DNA of 64,000 nucleotides from a virus: IMG/VR virus record IMGVR_UViG_3300045988_154277. One strand, 5' to 3'. This document shows positions 48,150 through 55,705 of the stretch, piece after piece. The first letter of the stretch is position 1. Every line of letters begins with the position of its first letter. A model generated the notes under the pieces. It saw nothing but the letters and a program-made list of their open reading frames with translations, made no database searches and had not been told where the DNA came from. Both the position numbers and the translations under genes were made by a program.

Positions 48150-50387
48150 ATGTCTGCTATTGACAAATACCTGAAGCAGCTTGAAACTGCGTTCGCCAAT
48201 ACTGGCAAAGCTGGTGATCTGGTTGGTATCGGTCGCTCGACGTACGACGCTGTTGGGAAATACCTTACCACCCGCAACATGATCAAGCGTGGCGCCTATG
48301 AACAGATGTCCATCAGCAACGAATCCATGAGCTTCGAAACTGCGATGAACGCGCAGGGCGTCGATGGTCTGAAAGACCTCGTTGAGAGTTGCGGCGTTCC
48401 GCAGGCTTACGTCAAGGACTGCTGCAAGACCATCCTGAACATCATGAACCGTTGCTCGCAGGGTGCGGCCGCTGCTTGGCAGCAGCAGAACCTCCGTGCG
48501 GATCACACGGCCAACGGTCAGGCGGAAGCTCGTCCGCTCTCCTCGATCTACAGCTCCGACGTTGCTGGCATTCTGAACAGCACCGCTGTGGCCGGTCAGG
48601 AAGCGTTCGGTACCAACGTCGATATGGCGGTTCCGGATATGAAGGTTGCCATCACGGTTGCCATCATGGACTTCCATGTCCGTCTGATCCCCCGCGTTAT
48701 GCCGACCCGTTCCACGACTCAGCCGAACGTCTCCTACACCAAGGAGTGGCTGGAAGTTTACGATCTCACCGGCAACACCAAAGACAGCCAGCGTCTCGTT
48801 GACCTGTACGCCGATCCGTCCTTCGCTCGCAATGAGCTGAAACTGATCGAAGTCAACCCGGCCAACGATCCGGAACAGAAGTTCATCAACGGTGATGGTA
48901 CGCTCAAGTTCGGCCCGAAGGCCAACATCCTCGAGCTCTCCACCCGTGAGGACAAATACGGTTACAGCCATATCAACCGCACCGACCTGATCGCGGACAA
49001 CGTCCAGATCAAGTTCGTTCGTGTCGCTCTGACCTTCAACGGTGGCGAAGCGGAATACTTCGACTGCGAAGTTCCGATCAGCAAGAACCGTCTGACCCGT
49101 ATGGTCAACGCCAACGACTCTGCGATGCGCAATGCAGACATCAAGTTCCGTACCTACCTCCGCAAGAGTGCGATGATGGCGAACGGCTCTGCGTCCGGCA
49201 TCCTCTCGAACCTGAGCGACAGCGAAGCGTTCGTCCTTGACTTCAACGTCAAGCCGAGCATCTCTCTGAAGTGGGGTATCGCGGACTGTCTTGCGGACGT
49301 CAGCGTCAGCGTTCGTCACGATATCGACAACGCTCAACTCAGCGGATTCGCGACCTCTCTGATGAGCAGCGGCGCTCTGAGCCTGATCGGTTATGAACTC
49401 GACGCTCGTTTCTCGGAAGAGAACCTGCGCAAGACCTCCATCGCGGTTATGACCCACCGTGTTCCGTTCTCGTTCGATATCCCGATCGGTCGGAACTATG
49501 TGTTCGATTACGCGATCGGTCAGGTCAATGCGGAAGAGAACGCCACCAACCTCACCAAGGTCATCGGTCTCGGTCAGGACAAGGTTGCGCTCGAACTCGG
49601 CATCCGTACCATCGAAGATGTCTACGATCGCATCCGTGCGGTCAGCCCGAACCCGGTCGATCGTCCCGAATATGTCGGCACCAACTATGTTGCTGGCGAC
49701 AAGGTTCGCCCGTCCATCTTCATCGGCGATCTGGATCTGACCAATCTGGAAACCATCCGTGATGCTGACCGTGCTGGCGACATCAAGCAGAAGGCCATCT
49801 CCATGCTGACCGCTGCTACCAGCCGTATCCTTCAGGAGTCCTTCCTGCAGCAGCAGCTCGGTGGTTCGACCACGGCTACCTTCAAGGGTATCACCAGCAT
49901 CGAGATCCTCGGCAACGTCATCGGTATGCCGCACATCCACGACCATATGTCCAAGGATGATGGTCGCAACGTCGGTGACGGTGTGGAATACGTTCTCGTT
50001 CTGCCGAACGGCGTGAAGATCGAGTTCGTGACCTCCACCTTCGACAGCATGCGCGACAAGATCGTCATGTGGCCGACCATCCCGAACAACACCGAAAGTG
50101 AACTGCACTTCGCTCACAACTGGGACTATGGGTGCATGGTTGCCCATTACACCCCGAGTGGTGAAGCGGCTCACCATCGTCTGTTCGGCAACATCCGTGA
50201 ACTGCCGATCGTCGTCAACCCGCTGGGTCTCATCATCCAGGTCAAGGGTATCGAGCTGGCGAACGGTATCGCTCTCGATGGCGTCGTCCGTCCGACCTTC
50301 AACGTCAACGTGGAAGGCTCGGTTGTCACGACTGTCAACGGAACGATCACCACGGCTCCGGAACAGGGTGGCACTGAAGAGCCCTGA
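48150..50387 (+). CDS. highly expressed, codon-recoded 745-aa protein; candidate major capsid protein (alternative: another very abundant structural or shell protein)
   Basis: AAGGA RBS. G+C and codon choice visibly differ from neighbours (CTG, CGT, CCG, GGT, AAC, TTC, ATC, ACC dominate). Size is typical of jumbo-phage major capsid proteins. A full-length antisense ORF (828 aa) is a GC3 shadow. Confidence 0.45.
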   Translation: MSAIDKYLKQLETAFANTGKAGDLVGIGRSTYDAVGKYLTTRNMIKRGAYEQMSISNESMSFETAMNAQGVDGLKDLVESCGVPQAYVKDCCKTILNIMNRCSQGAAAAWQQQNLRADHTANGQAEARPLSSIYSSDVAGILNSTAVAGQEAFGTNVDMAVPDMKVAITVAIMDFHVRLIPRVMPTRSTTQPNVSYTKEWLEVYDLTGNTKDSQRLVDLYADPSFARNELKLIEVNPANDPEQKFINGDGTLKFGPKANILELSTREDKYGYSHINRTDLIADNVQIKFVRVALTFNGGEAEYFDCEVPISKNRLTRMVNANDSAMRNADIKFRTYLRKSAMMANGSASGILSNLSDSEAFVLDFNVKPSISLKWGIADCLADVSVSVRHDIDNAQLSGFATSLMSSGALSLIGYELDARFSEENLRKTSIAVMTHRVPFSFDIPIGRNYVFDYAIGQVNAEENATNLTKVIGLGQDKVALELGIRTIEDVYDRIRAVSPNPVDRPEYVGTNYVAGDKVRPSIFIGDLDLTNLETIRDADRAGDIKQKAISMLTAATSRILQESFLQQQLGGSTTATFKGITSIEILGNVIGMPHIHDHMSKDDGRNVGDGVEYVLVLPNGVKIEFVTSTFDSMRDKIVMWPTIPNNTESELHFAHNWDYGCMVAHYTPSGEAAHHRLFGNIRELPIVVNPLGLIIQVKGIELANGIALDGVVRPTFNVNVEGSVVTTVNGTITTAPEQGGTEEP

Positions 50388-50430
50388 TCTTGGCATAACC
50401 AAGACACTCGTATAACGAGTTAGTATAGGC

Positions 50431-50464
50431 ATCAGGTGTAGTAGGACAACCTACTACACCTGAT
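50431..50464. terminator. 15-bp stem hairpin after the recoded gene
   Basis: ATCAGGTGTAGTAGG acaa CCTACTACACCTGAT; preceded by a small ACTCG tataa CGAGT hairpin. Confidence 0.55.
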
Positions 50465-50477
50465 CCTAGCTATTTGA

Positions 50478-50807
50478 TTAGTTGTATTGTTTTGTAACTT
50501 CGTGGTATTGCAGTTCCATCGAACCTGCATGATGTTGTTGGTAAAGAAGTTGAGCACGATGTATTGTACCACAACAAGTAACTTCCCAATAAGATCGATA
50601 TACATCCATGAGATCAGCGTTTTCATCCATTTCAGCACGCTTCAATTCAACAGAACATTTGGCACATCGGACATTACACACTGCGAATTGATTTTTGGCG
50701 TAAGGGCACAACAACCCAACTCGATCATCTCCTGGTAACTTCTGTACATAGATGTTACCTTTTATATCGATATCGATCCTTTCCGACAACATATCGTATT
50801 TGATCAT
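50478..50807 (-). CDS. Cys-rich zinc-ribbon-like small protein (109 aa)
   Basis: CPYAKNQFAVCNVRCAKC...CCG cysteine pattern. Confidence 0.4.
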   Translation of the reverse strand: MIKYDMLSERIDIDIKGNIYVQKLPGDDRVGLLCPYAKNQFAVCNVRCAKCSVELKRAEMDENADLMDVYRSYWEVTCCGTIHRAQLLYQQHHAGSMELQYHEVTKQYN

Positions 50808-50888
50808 AAAAACCTCCTGTTATAGCAAGCGAAAAAGAAAAGGAGAAGGACGAAATATCCTTCTCCTGTACAGTGGTGCAGGGACCTC

Positions 50889-52703
50889 TTATTTTGAGGT
50901 CTCTACGCTCACACGGTTGGTTGGAACTTGGATCGTTTTTAGGTCCAGATTCAGGTGATGTTGTTCTGCGAACAGACTGAGCATTTCGTCATATCCAGGG
51001 ATGTTGAAATGCTGCTCACAAAGCTTGACTGCATTCTCTACAACGGCTGGATATCTGGAGAAGAACTCGAAGATATACTCAGCGTTCTGTTTGACGATCT
51101 TGTCTGCATACTTCTTCTCTGCTTTGGTCTTCTCTTTCGGTGGGAGAAGATCGATCTCTTCTCTCATCCTTTGTAGTTCCTCGATCGAATATGGACAACC
51201 TGTGATCCAGAGTACCGTAGCCTCTTTTGTCTCACGGGAGATGTTCATCGCGATCGTGATACTGGGATAGAACGAAGTTACATCCAAGTCACAACAGAGT
51301 CGATAGATGCCGGTTGGATCGTCAGACTCCTGCATACAACGACTACCCTTGTATCGCATCAGAGATGGACTGAGTACAGTACCGCCGACGTTGCTGATTA
51401 GTTTATCATAACTCTTCGCCATGGAACCAGATACGGTTCCAGGCACAGCTCCTTTAGATAGGCAATACTCGTAGAACTGTGCTTTTAACTGTACTGTCTG
51501 ATGAGCGAAGTCGTCCAACAGGGATGGTCCTGTCAACATGATCATCGAGGATATGTCGGTTGTGACATGATCTAGGATGTTGGGTTGCAGAACGTCGAAG
51601 CAGTTATATACAGCGTAGCCTACTTTGTCCTTGGTCTGCATCAGGTAGTGAGTTTGATTTGATCCGAACTTCATCTTACCAGCACCCAGGTTCTTCCCAC
51701 AAATATAATCCAATGTGTACATGACCTCACGTCCTTTTACCTTACGGAGTCGTCCATACAGACACATGGGATCCACCCAGTAACTATATCCAGGACATTT
51801 CAAGATATGCCACTTGTCTGCCAGATGTTCCACCTTCCGTTTGTCCTCTTCGAATTTAAACATTCGAAACTCAGGAGGAACATCAGGGTGTGCGAAGAGT
51901 TCAACTGGATCCAACCCACGGAACAGAGCACGTCTTGGGATCCAATCCAATTCGTAAGCATCGTTCCAAGCCAACAAGAAATCTGGTTTACACAGGATCG
52001 CTGTTCTTACGGATTGCTCGATCAACTCTTTCTCATTGGAGCACATGATGAACTTCGGTGTCCACTCTTCTGGGATGAACACTTTTTTGGCTTTGTCATT
52101 GAGCTGACTGTAGATGTTGTTCAACTCAAGATTCCACCGATCCATCAACTCCTGTCTCCAGTTCTCAGATGGTTGGAACCATTCTTGCAAGATCCAACAG
52201 TAGATCGTCCGGGTTTTCCAATCACAGTAACCGTTCAGGATGATCTGCTCATCTCCGAGAACGGAGGTTTCAATATCCATCACTCCGATGTCATAGGTTG
52301 TGATACCCTTCTTCGAAGCTTCGATATACTCCAACTTCATTTGGATCTCAGGATCGATATCTGCTCCATACACATAAGGACTCTCTAAGAGCTTCCGTGT
52401 GTTGATGTAGCCATATGTAGGGTAACCTAACGCTTTCGCTAAGGTCTCTCCCATCTTCTTATACTGACAGATATAGACATCCAGTTCTGACAGTTTTGCA
52501 CTCTCTCGTTTGTTCTCGTAGTTGCGAAGTCCTTTTCTCGCAACCCACACTCGTACCATAGGGTTCCTTACGATGTGTAGTTTGGACTCCAAGGTATCGA
52601 CATCTTTCACCATAGCCACGATCCCATCCATACCGGAAGGATTGTTGGATGGAGGGATATAACAACTGTGGATGAAGTTACAATTCGGTATCGGGTTATA
52701 CAT
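50889..52703 (-). CDS. family B (T4 gp43-like) DNA polymerase, N-terminal part only: exonuclease domain plus palm motif A
   Basis: Exo I YDIGVMDIETS. Motif A DLDVTSFYPSITIAMNISRET versus RB69/T4 DLTSLYPSIIRQVNISPET. ORF ends about 139 aa after motif A with no KxxxNSxYG or YGDTDS. Confidence 0.7.
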   Translation of the reverse strand: MYNPIPNCNFIHSCYIPPSNNPSGMDGIVAMVKDVDTLESKLHIVRNPMVRVWVARKGLRNYENKRESAKLSELDVYICQYKKMGETLAKALGYPTYGYINTRKLLESPYVYGADIDPEIQMKLEYIEASKKGITTYDIGVMDIETSVLGDEQIILNGYCDWKTRTIYCWILQEWFQPSENWRQELMDRWNLELNNIYSQLNDKAKKVFIPEEWTPKFIMCSNEKELIEQSVRTAILCKPDFLLAWNDAYELDWIPRRALFRGLDPVELFAHPDVPPEFRMFKFEEDKRKVEHLADKWHILKCPGYSYWVDPMCLYGRLRKVKGREVMYTLDYICGKNLGAGKMKFGSNQTHYLMQTKDKVGYAVYNCFDVLQPNILDHVTTDISSMIMLTGPSLLDDFAHQTVQLKAQFYEYCLSKGAVPGTVSGSMAKSYDKLISNVGGTVLSPSLMRYKGSRCMQESDDPTGIYRLCCDLDVTSFYPSITIAMNISRETKEATVLWITGCPYSIEELQRMREEIDLLPPKEKTKAEKKYADKIVKQNAEYIFEFFSRYPAVVENAVKLCEQHFNIPGYDEMLSLFAEQHHLNLDLKTIQVPTNRVSVETSK

Positions 52704-52750
52704 AAGCGTTCCTTTTCGTTGTTCGTCAAAGTATCGTTCGAAGTGCTTAC

Positions 52751-52795
52751 TTAGTAATATATACGTAAGATAGGGCTGACCCTATCTTACGTATA
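52751..52795 (-). promoter_or_regulatory. promoter-like motif copy (TTAGTAATATATACGTAAGA) fused to a 16-bp stem hairpin
   Basis: Motif family; TATACGTAAGATAGGG ctga CCCTATCTTACGTATA; upstream of the polymerase gene. Confidence 0.4.
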
Positions 52796-52802
52796 CACTA
52801 GT

Positions 52803-53273
52803 TCAAAGCTGTTGTACGTCAGCATCTCGCAGATCGATCTCAACCTTCTTTGGTTGAAACGCTTGGCTCAATGTTGCTTCCATCTTGGGATCATCCAGTT
52901 CCACATGGAACGGGTCTCCCAAACACGCTTTCCCTCTACGGTCCATCACGAGTCCTTGGAACTCAAGATTCGTCAACTGCATAAACTGAACCGTGTGGTT
53001 GTTCCCTGAATCATAGAGCCCACGATCATCCATCGCAGGTAACAGTTTGTGTACCTGGATCGGTACGAGACTCTTATCGTCTTTGGGATTACCAACACAC
53101 ATACATCCTGGTTTCGAGATGGAGATGAAGTTCCACCCAGGATAACGTTTCATGATGTTGAGGAGATACTCTCCGATGTTGTTCATATCAACTGTATCAG
53201 AGGGAGTACGTTTCGGTTCCATCCCTGCAGCTCGTAGAGCGCGCCGTCTCTTCTTCGCTTGTCGTTCGGACAT
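52803..53273 (-). CDS. hypothetical protein with basic N-terminus KKRRRALRAAG (156 aa)
   Basis: ORF. Confidence 0.45.
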   Translation of the reverse strand: MSERQAKKRRRALRAAGMEPKRTPSDTVDMNNIGEYLLNIMKRYPGWNFISISKPGCMCVGNPKDDKSLVPIQVHKLLPAMDDRGLYDSGNNHTVQFMQLTNLEFQGLVMDRRGKACLGDPFHVELDDPKMEATLSQAFQPKKVEIDLRDADVQQL

Positions 53274-53287
53274 GTTTAGATCCTATC

Positions 53288-53842
53288 TCACTTCTGGTTC
53301 AATACATTACAACAGAACGTCCAGTTACACGCGATCGCATCCGCTGAATGTTCTTTCAACTTATATCTTTCGGACTCTTCGAACTGGATCTCCGGGATCT
53401 TGCGGATGGCTTTCTGCACATCCAGTTTACCTGAGTCTCCACGTCCGACTGCTCGTTTGATCACTTTCGGTTGGAAGGTATACAGTTTGATCTGATACGT
53501 CTTCCATAAGAACAACTCGACAGCTGTGATCCAACCCAATAAGGCTGCATACGCTGACGGTCTAAATCGATTAAAGAATGCATCTTCCGAACAGATGTAG
53601 TTCGGTCTGTATTCTGCATAGAGATCACTGACCATCTCTTCTGTCTTCAATAGAGTCAGAAGACGACGTCCACACAATTCCACCATCGGTCGCATGATCG
53701 ACCGATCCAAGTCTTTGGATGGTTCCATCACTCCGTAATCCAAGATCTGGAGTAGATTTTGACCCTTGTAATAATCACCGATCGCCCATCCTGCGAAGGT
53801 GAGTCCGGGGTCGAAGCTTAAGATCCGTACTGCATCCGACAT
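53288..53842 (-). CDS. RuvC-like Holliday junction resolvase (184 aa)
   Basis: ILSFDPGLTFAGWAI (RuvC N-terminal catalytic Asp motif) and EHSADAIA (C-terminal catalytic motif). Confidence 0.6.
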   Translation of the reverse strand: MSDAVRILSFDPGLTFAGWAIGDYYKGQNLLQILDYGVMEPSKDLDRSIMRPMVELCGRRLLTLLKTEEMVSDLYAEYRPNYICSEDAFFNRFRPSAYAALLGWITAVELFLWKTYQIKLYTFQPKVIKRAVGRGDSGKLDVQKAIRKIPEIQFEESERYKLKEHSADAIACNWTFCCNVLNQK

Positions 53843-53868
53843 GATACCTCCTGATCAGGTACCACATC

Positions 53869-54012
53869 GTTATTCTTCGATGTCTTCAAGATCATCGCCT
53901 TCGTTGTTCTCCACTGTGGAAGAACCGGGATCCATCACTTCCAGACTATCGAGAGTCACCTCTTCTTCAGTTGCCTGAGGAGGTTGTTTTTGTTTCTGTT
54001 TCGGCATATGTA
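53869..54012 (-). CDS. possible small acidic protein (47 aa)
   Basis: GGAGAT RBS plus ATG (MPKQKQKQPPQATEEEVTLDSLEV...DIEE); below the ORF-track size cut-off. Confidence 0.3.
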
Positions 54013-54040
54013 CATCTCCGTGTTGATCAAAAAGAAAATA

Positions 54041-54086
54041 GGAGAGGATGCAAGATCCTCTCCTAGTATGGTGAACTCAGTTCACC
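54041..54086. terminator. two consecutive hairpins after the 157-aa recoded gene
   Basis: AGGAGAGGAT gcaag ATCCTCTCCT and GGTGAAC tca GTTCACC. Confidence 0.5.
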
Positions 54087-54088
54087 GA

Positions 54089-54562
54089 TCAGCCATGGAT
54101 CGCCTTGAACGCAGCTTCCACTTCTTTGGCAGCCTGATCCAGAGCTCCGCCTTCCTCAGCCAGACGCTTCGGAACTTTGTGCTGGAACTTCACGGAGACC
54201 ACGCCGTAGTTGTGATGAACTTCGCCGTTCGGATCACGGGGGTTCTTCGTTTCGACATGCTCTTTCATGCCGACAACGATACGACCGTTGCCGAGTCCGG
54301 CTTTGAGAACGCAGTCACGATGATCGTTCTTGACGTGATCCTTGAGGAACCCAACCGAACGTTCGGTGAGAGTGTCGATGGCCGCAGATTCCGCTTTCTT
54401 GAATTCGGCATATTCCGGAATGCCGTTCTCCTTGAAGAACTTGTTCAGTTCATCCTGAGACATGGTGAAATCGCCGTTCGACCGACGGGTGACCTCGCCA
54501 AGTCCTTCGACGTTGTAAGACTTCTGTTCGAATTCCTTCTTCTCTTTCGCTTCTTCGCTCAT
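54089..54562 (-). CDS. second codon-recoded, probably very highly expressed small protein (157 aa)
   Basis: AGGAG RBS; same host-optimal codon style as the 745-aa gene; own promoter-like motif upstream; double hairpin downstream. Confidence 0.55.
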   Translation of the reverse strand: MSEEAKEKKEFEQKSYNVEGLGEVTRRSNGDFTMSQDELNKFFKENGIPEYAEFKKAESAAIDTLTERSVGFLKDHVKNDHRDCVLKAGLGNGRIVVGMKEHVETKNPRDPNGEVHHNYGVVSVKFQHKVPKRLAEEGGALDQAAKEVEAAFKAIHG

Positions 54563-54686
54563 GAGAAAACTCCTGTTTTGATGTTGTTGTCTTTGATGTA
54601 CGCTACCTTATTACCGTAGGTGTCCAGGACTACGGGAAGCTTCACACTAACTTGTGTTCCAGGTTCACTTATCAGGATCTGCTTCA

Positions 54687-54707
54687 TAGTGTTATATATA
54701 CGTAAAT
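54687..54707 (-). promoter_or_regulatory. promoter-like motif copy (TAGTGTTATATATACGTAAAT)
   Basis: Motif family, variant TATATATAAC; upstream of the 157-aa gene. Confidence 0.35.
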
Positions 54708-54859
54708 ATGTTTTGACGTGATTTGACACAAAAGAGAAAGTATGCGAACATATTAATGGAAAGTGTTCTGTCCAGAGAATCACTTCCCAAATTAGTATGC
54801 TAACAAAACAATGATAAGTCAGGATTTCGTTGTAATGTTAGCATATCACTCGTTGTTTG

Positions 54860-55012
54860 TTACTGACGGATCACACAGTCATAAGTGTGACCGGTCAACC
54901 AGACCTCATACTGGATCTGGGCAACGGCACGTTGCATGGCGGTCAACAAATCATCACCACGTGCTAGAAACTCGTTTTTCAGAGTCTCGTATCTGTAGCC
55001 AAACTCAGACAT
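54860..55012 (-). CDS. tiny protein, paralog pair member 1 (50 aa)
   Basis: GAGGAGGTGG RBS plus ATG; MSEFGYRYETLKNEFLARGDDLLTAMQRAVAQIQYEVWLTGHTY... Confidence 0.4.
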   Translation of the reverse strand: MSEFGYRYETLKNEFLARGDDLLTAMQRAVAQIQYEVWLTGHTYDCVIRQ

Positions 55013-55115
55013 AGTTCCACCTCCTCTCGTATGACGTTGTGTGATGCTATCAAGTTACCTGACAATTTGACGGCTCACGGTTGTATGTAATCAGGACGAA
55101 ACTAACAACGAGACA

Positions 55116-55144
55116 CAGAGAGGTAGTGTGTAGCTACCTCTCTG
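55116..55144. terminator. 11-bp stem hairpin
   Basis: CAGAGAGGTAG tgtgtag CTACCTCTCTG. Confidence 0.4.
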
Positions 55145-55242
55145 TACCTTCTATTGTAAGTTCTCCTGTATGTAGTAAAAAAGAATCATCAAGCATCATG
55201 TTCTGAGTCAGGATCAGAACACAATACTTGATGATCGTAGGA

Positions 55243-55262
55243 CTATAGCTAATTAGCTATAG
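55243..55262. promoter_or_regulatory. perfect 20-bp palindrome CTATAGCTAATTAGCTATAG
   Basis: Seen directly; overlaps the stop codon of the 55253-55396 gene. Could be an operator or a terminator. Confidence 0.45.
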
Positions 55263-55396
55263 GTACGTCCTGTTGTACGGACTTCGTACTGTATCTGTGA
55301 CACAGCCAAATTCATCGCATCCAGGATATCGTACCCAGCAGCTACGAATTGGTGATACAATTCATAGTAGCGTTGATGAAACGTCTTCACGTATTC
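55253..55396 (-). CDS. tiny protein, paralog pair member 2 (47 aa, GTG start)
   Basis: AAAGGAGGTG RBS plus GTG; VKTFHQRYYELYHQFVAAGYDILDAMNLAVSQIQYEVRTTGRTYS; shares the AxxQIQYEV block with member 1. Confidence 0.4.
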   Translation of the reverse strand, partial: EYVKTFHQRYYELYHQFVAAGYDILDAMNLAVSQIQYEVRTTGRTYS

Positions 55397-55479
55397 ACCT
55401 CCTTTCTGAGAGTTGAACACAAGTAGGCAGCTTCCTGACAACTGTTCTACCTGTGTTGTGATCTCTTGACTTCAAACAA

Positions 55480-55516
55480 GACACTGTACCGTAGCTCGCA
55501 ACTACGGTACAGTGTC
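55480..55516. terminator. 15-bp stem hairpin
   Basis: GACACTGTACCGTAG ctcgcaa CTACGGTACAGTGTC. Confidence 0.45.
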
Positions 55517-55584
55517 GCTTTCTATCAAGAAACCACAGGGTTGAAAAAGAGAGCGACGATACAGCAAGTGTCGCTCTAAGAATC

Positions 55585-55610
55585 GCGGGTGCACAAACTA
55601 GTGCACCCGC
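55585..55610. terminator. 10-bp stem hairpin
   Basis: GCGGGTGCAC aaactag TGCACCCGC. Confidence 0.4.
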
Positions 55611-55618
55611 ATCTTACA

Positions 55619-55640
55619 CTAAGTAATATATACGTGAAAA
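55619..55640. promoter_or_regulatory. promoter-like motif copy (CTAAGTAATATATACGTGAAAA)
   Basis: Identical core to the copy at 2036. Here it lies 65 nt upstream of a plus-strand gene, so its orientation is ambiguous. Confidence 0.35.
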
Positions 55641-55705
55641 TAGTTCCATCTACACTTTTCTAAGTGACTGTTCAAAACCATCTTTTGAATCAAAAAGAGG
55701 TCATT

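Noticed and set aside
47946-50432. 828-aa minus-strand ORF covering the whole 745-aa gene
   Set aside because: Arg/Asp/Val-rich shadow ORF produced by the extreme GC3 bias of the plus-strand gene. It has no RBS logic, and the plus-strand product has coherent protein-like composition.
54721-54760. TTGACA ... TATTAAT pair
   Set aside because: The spacer is about 22 nt, too long for a sigma70 promoter.
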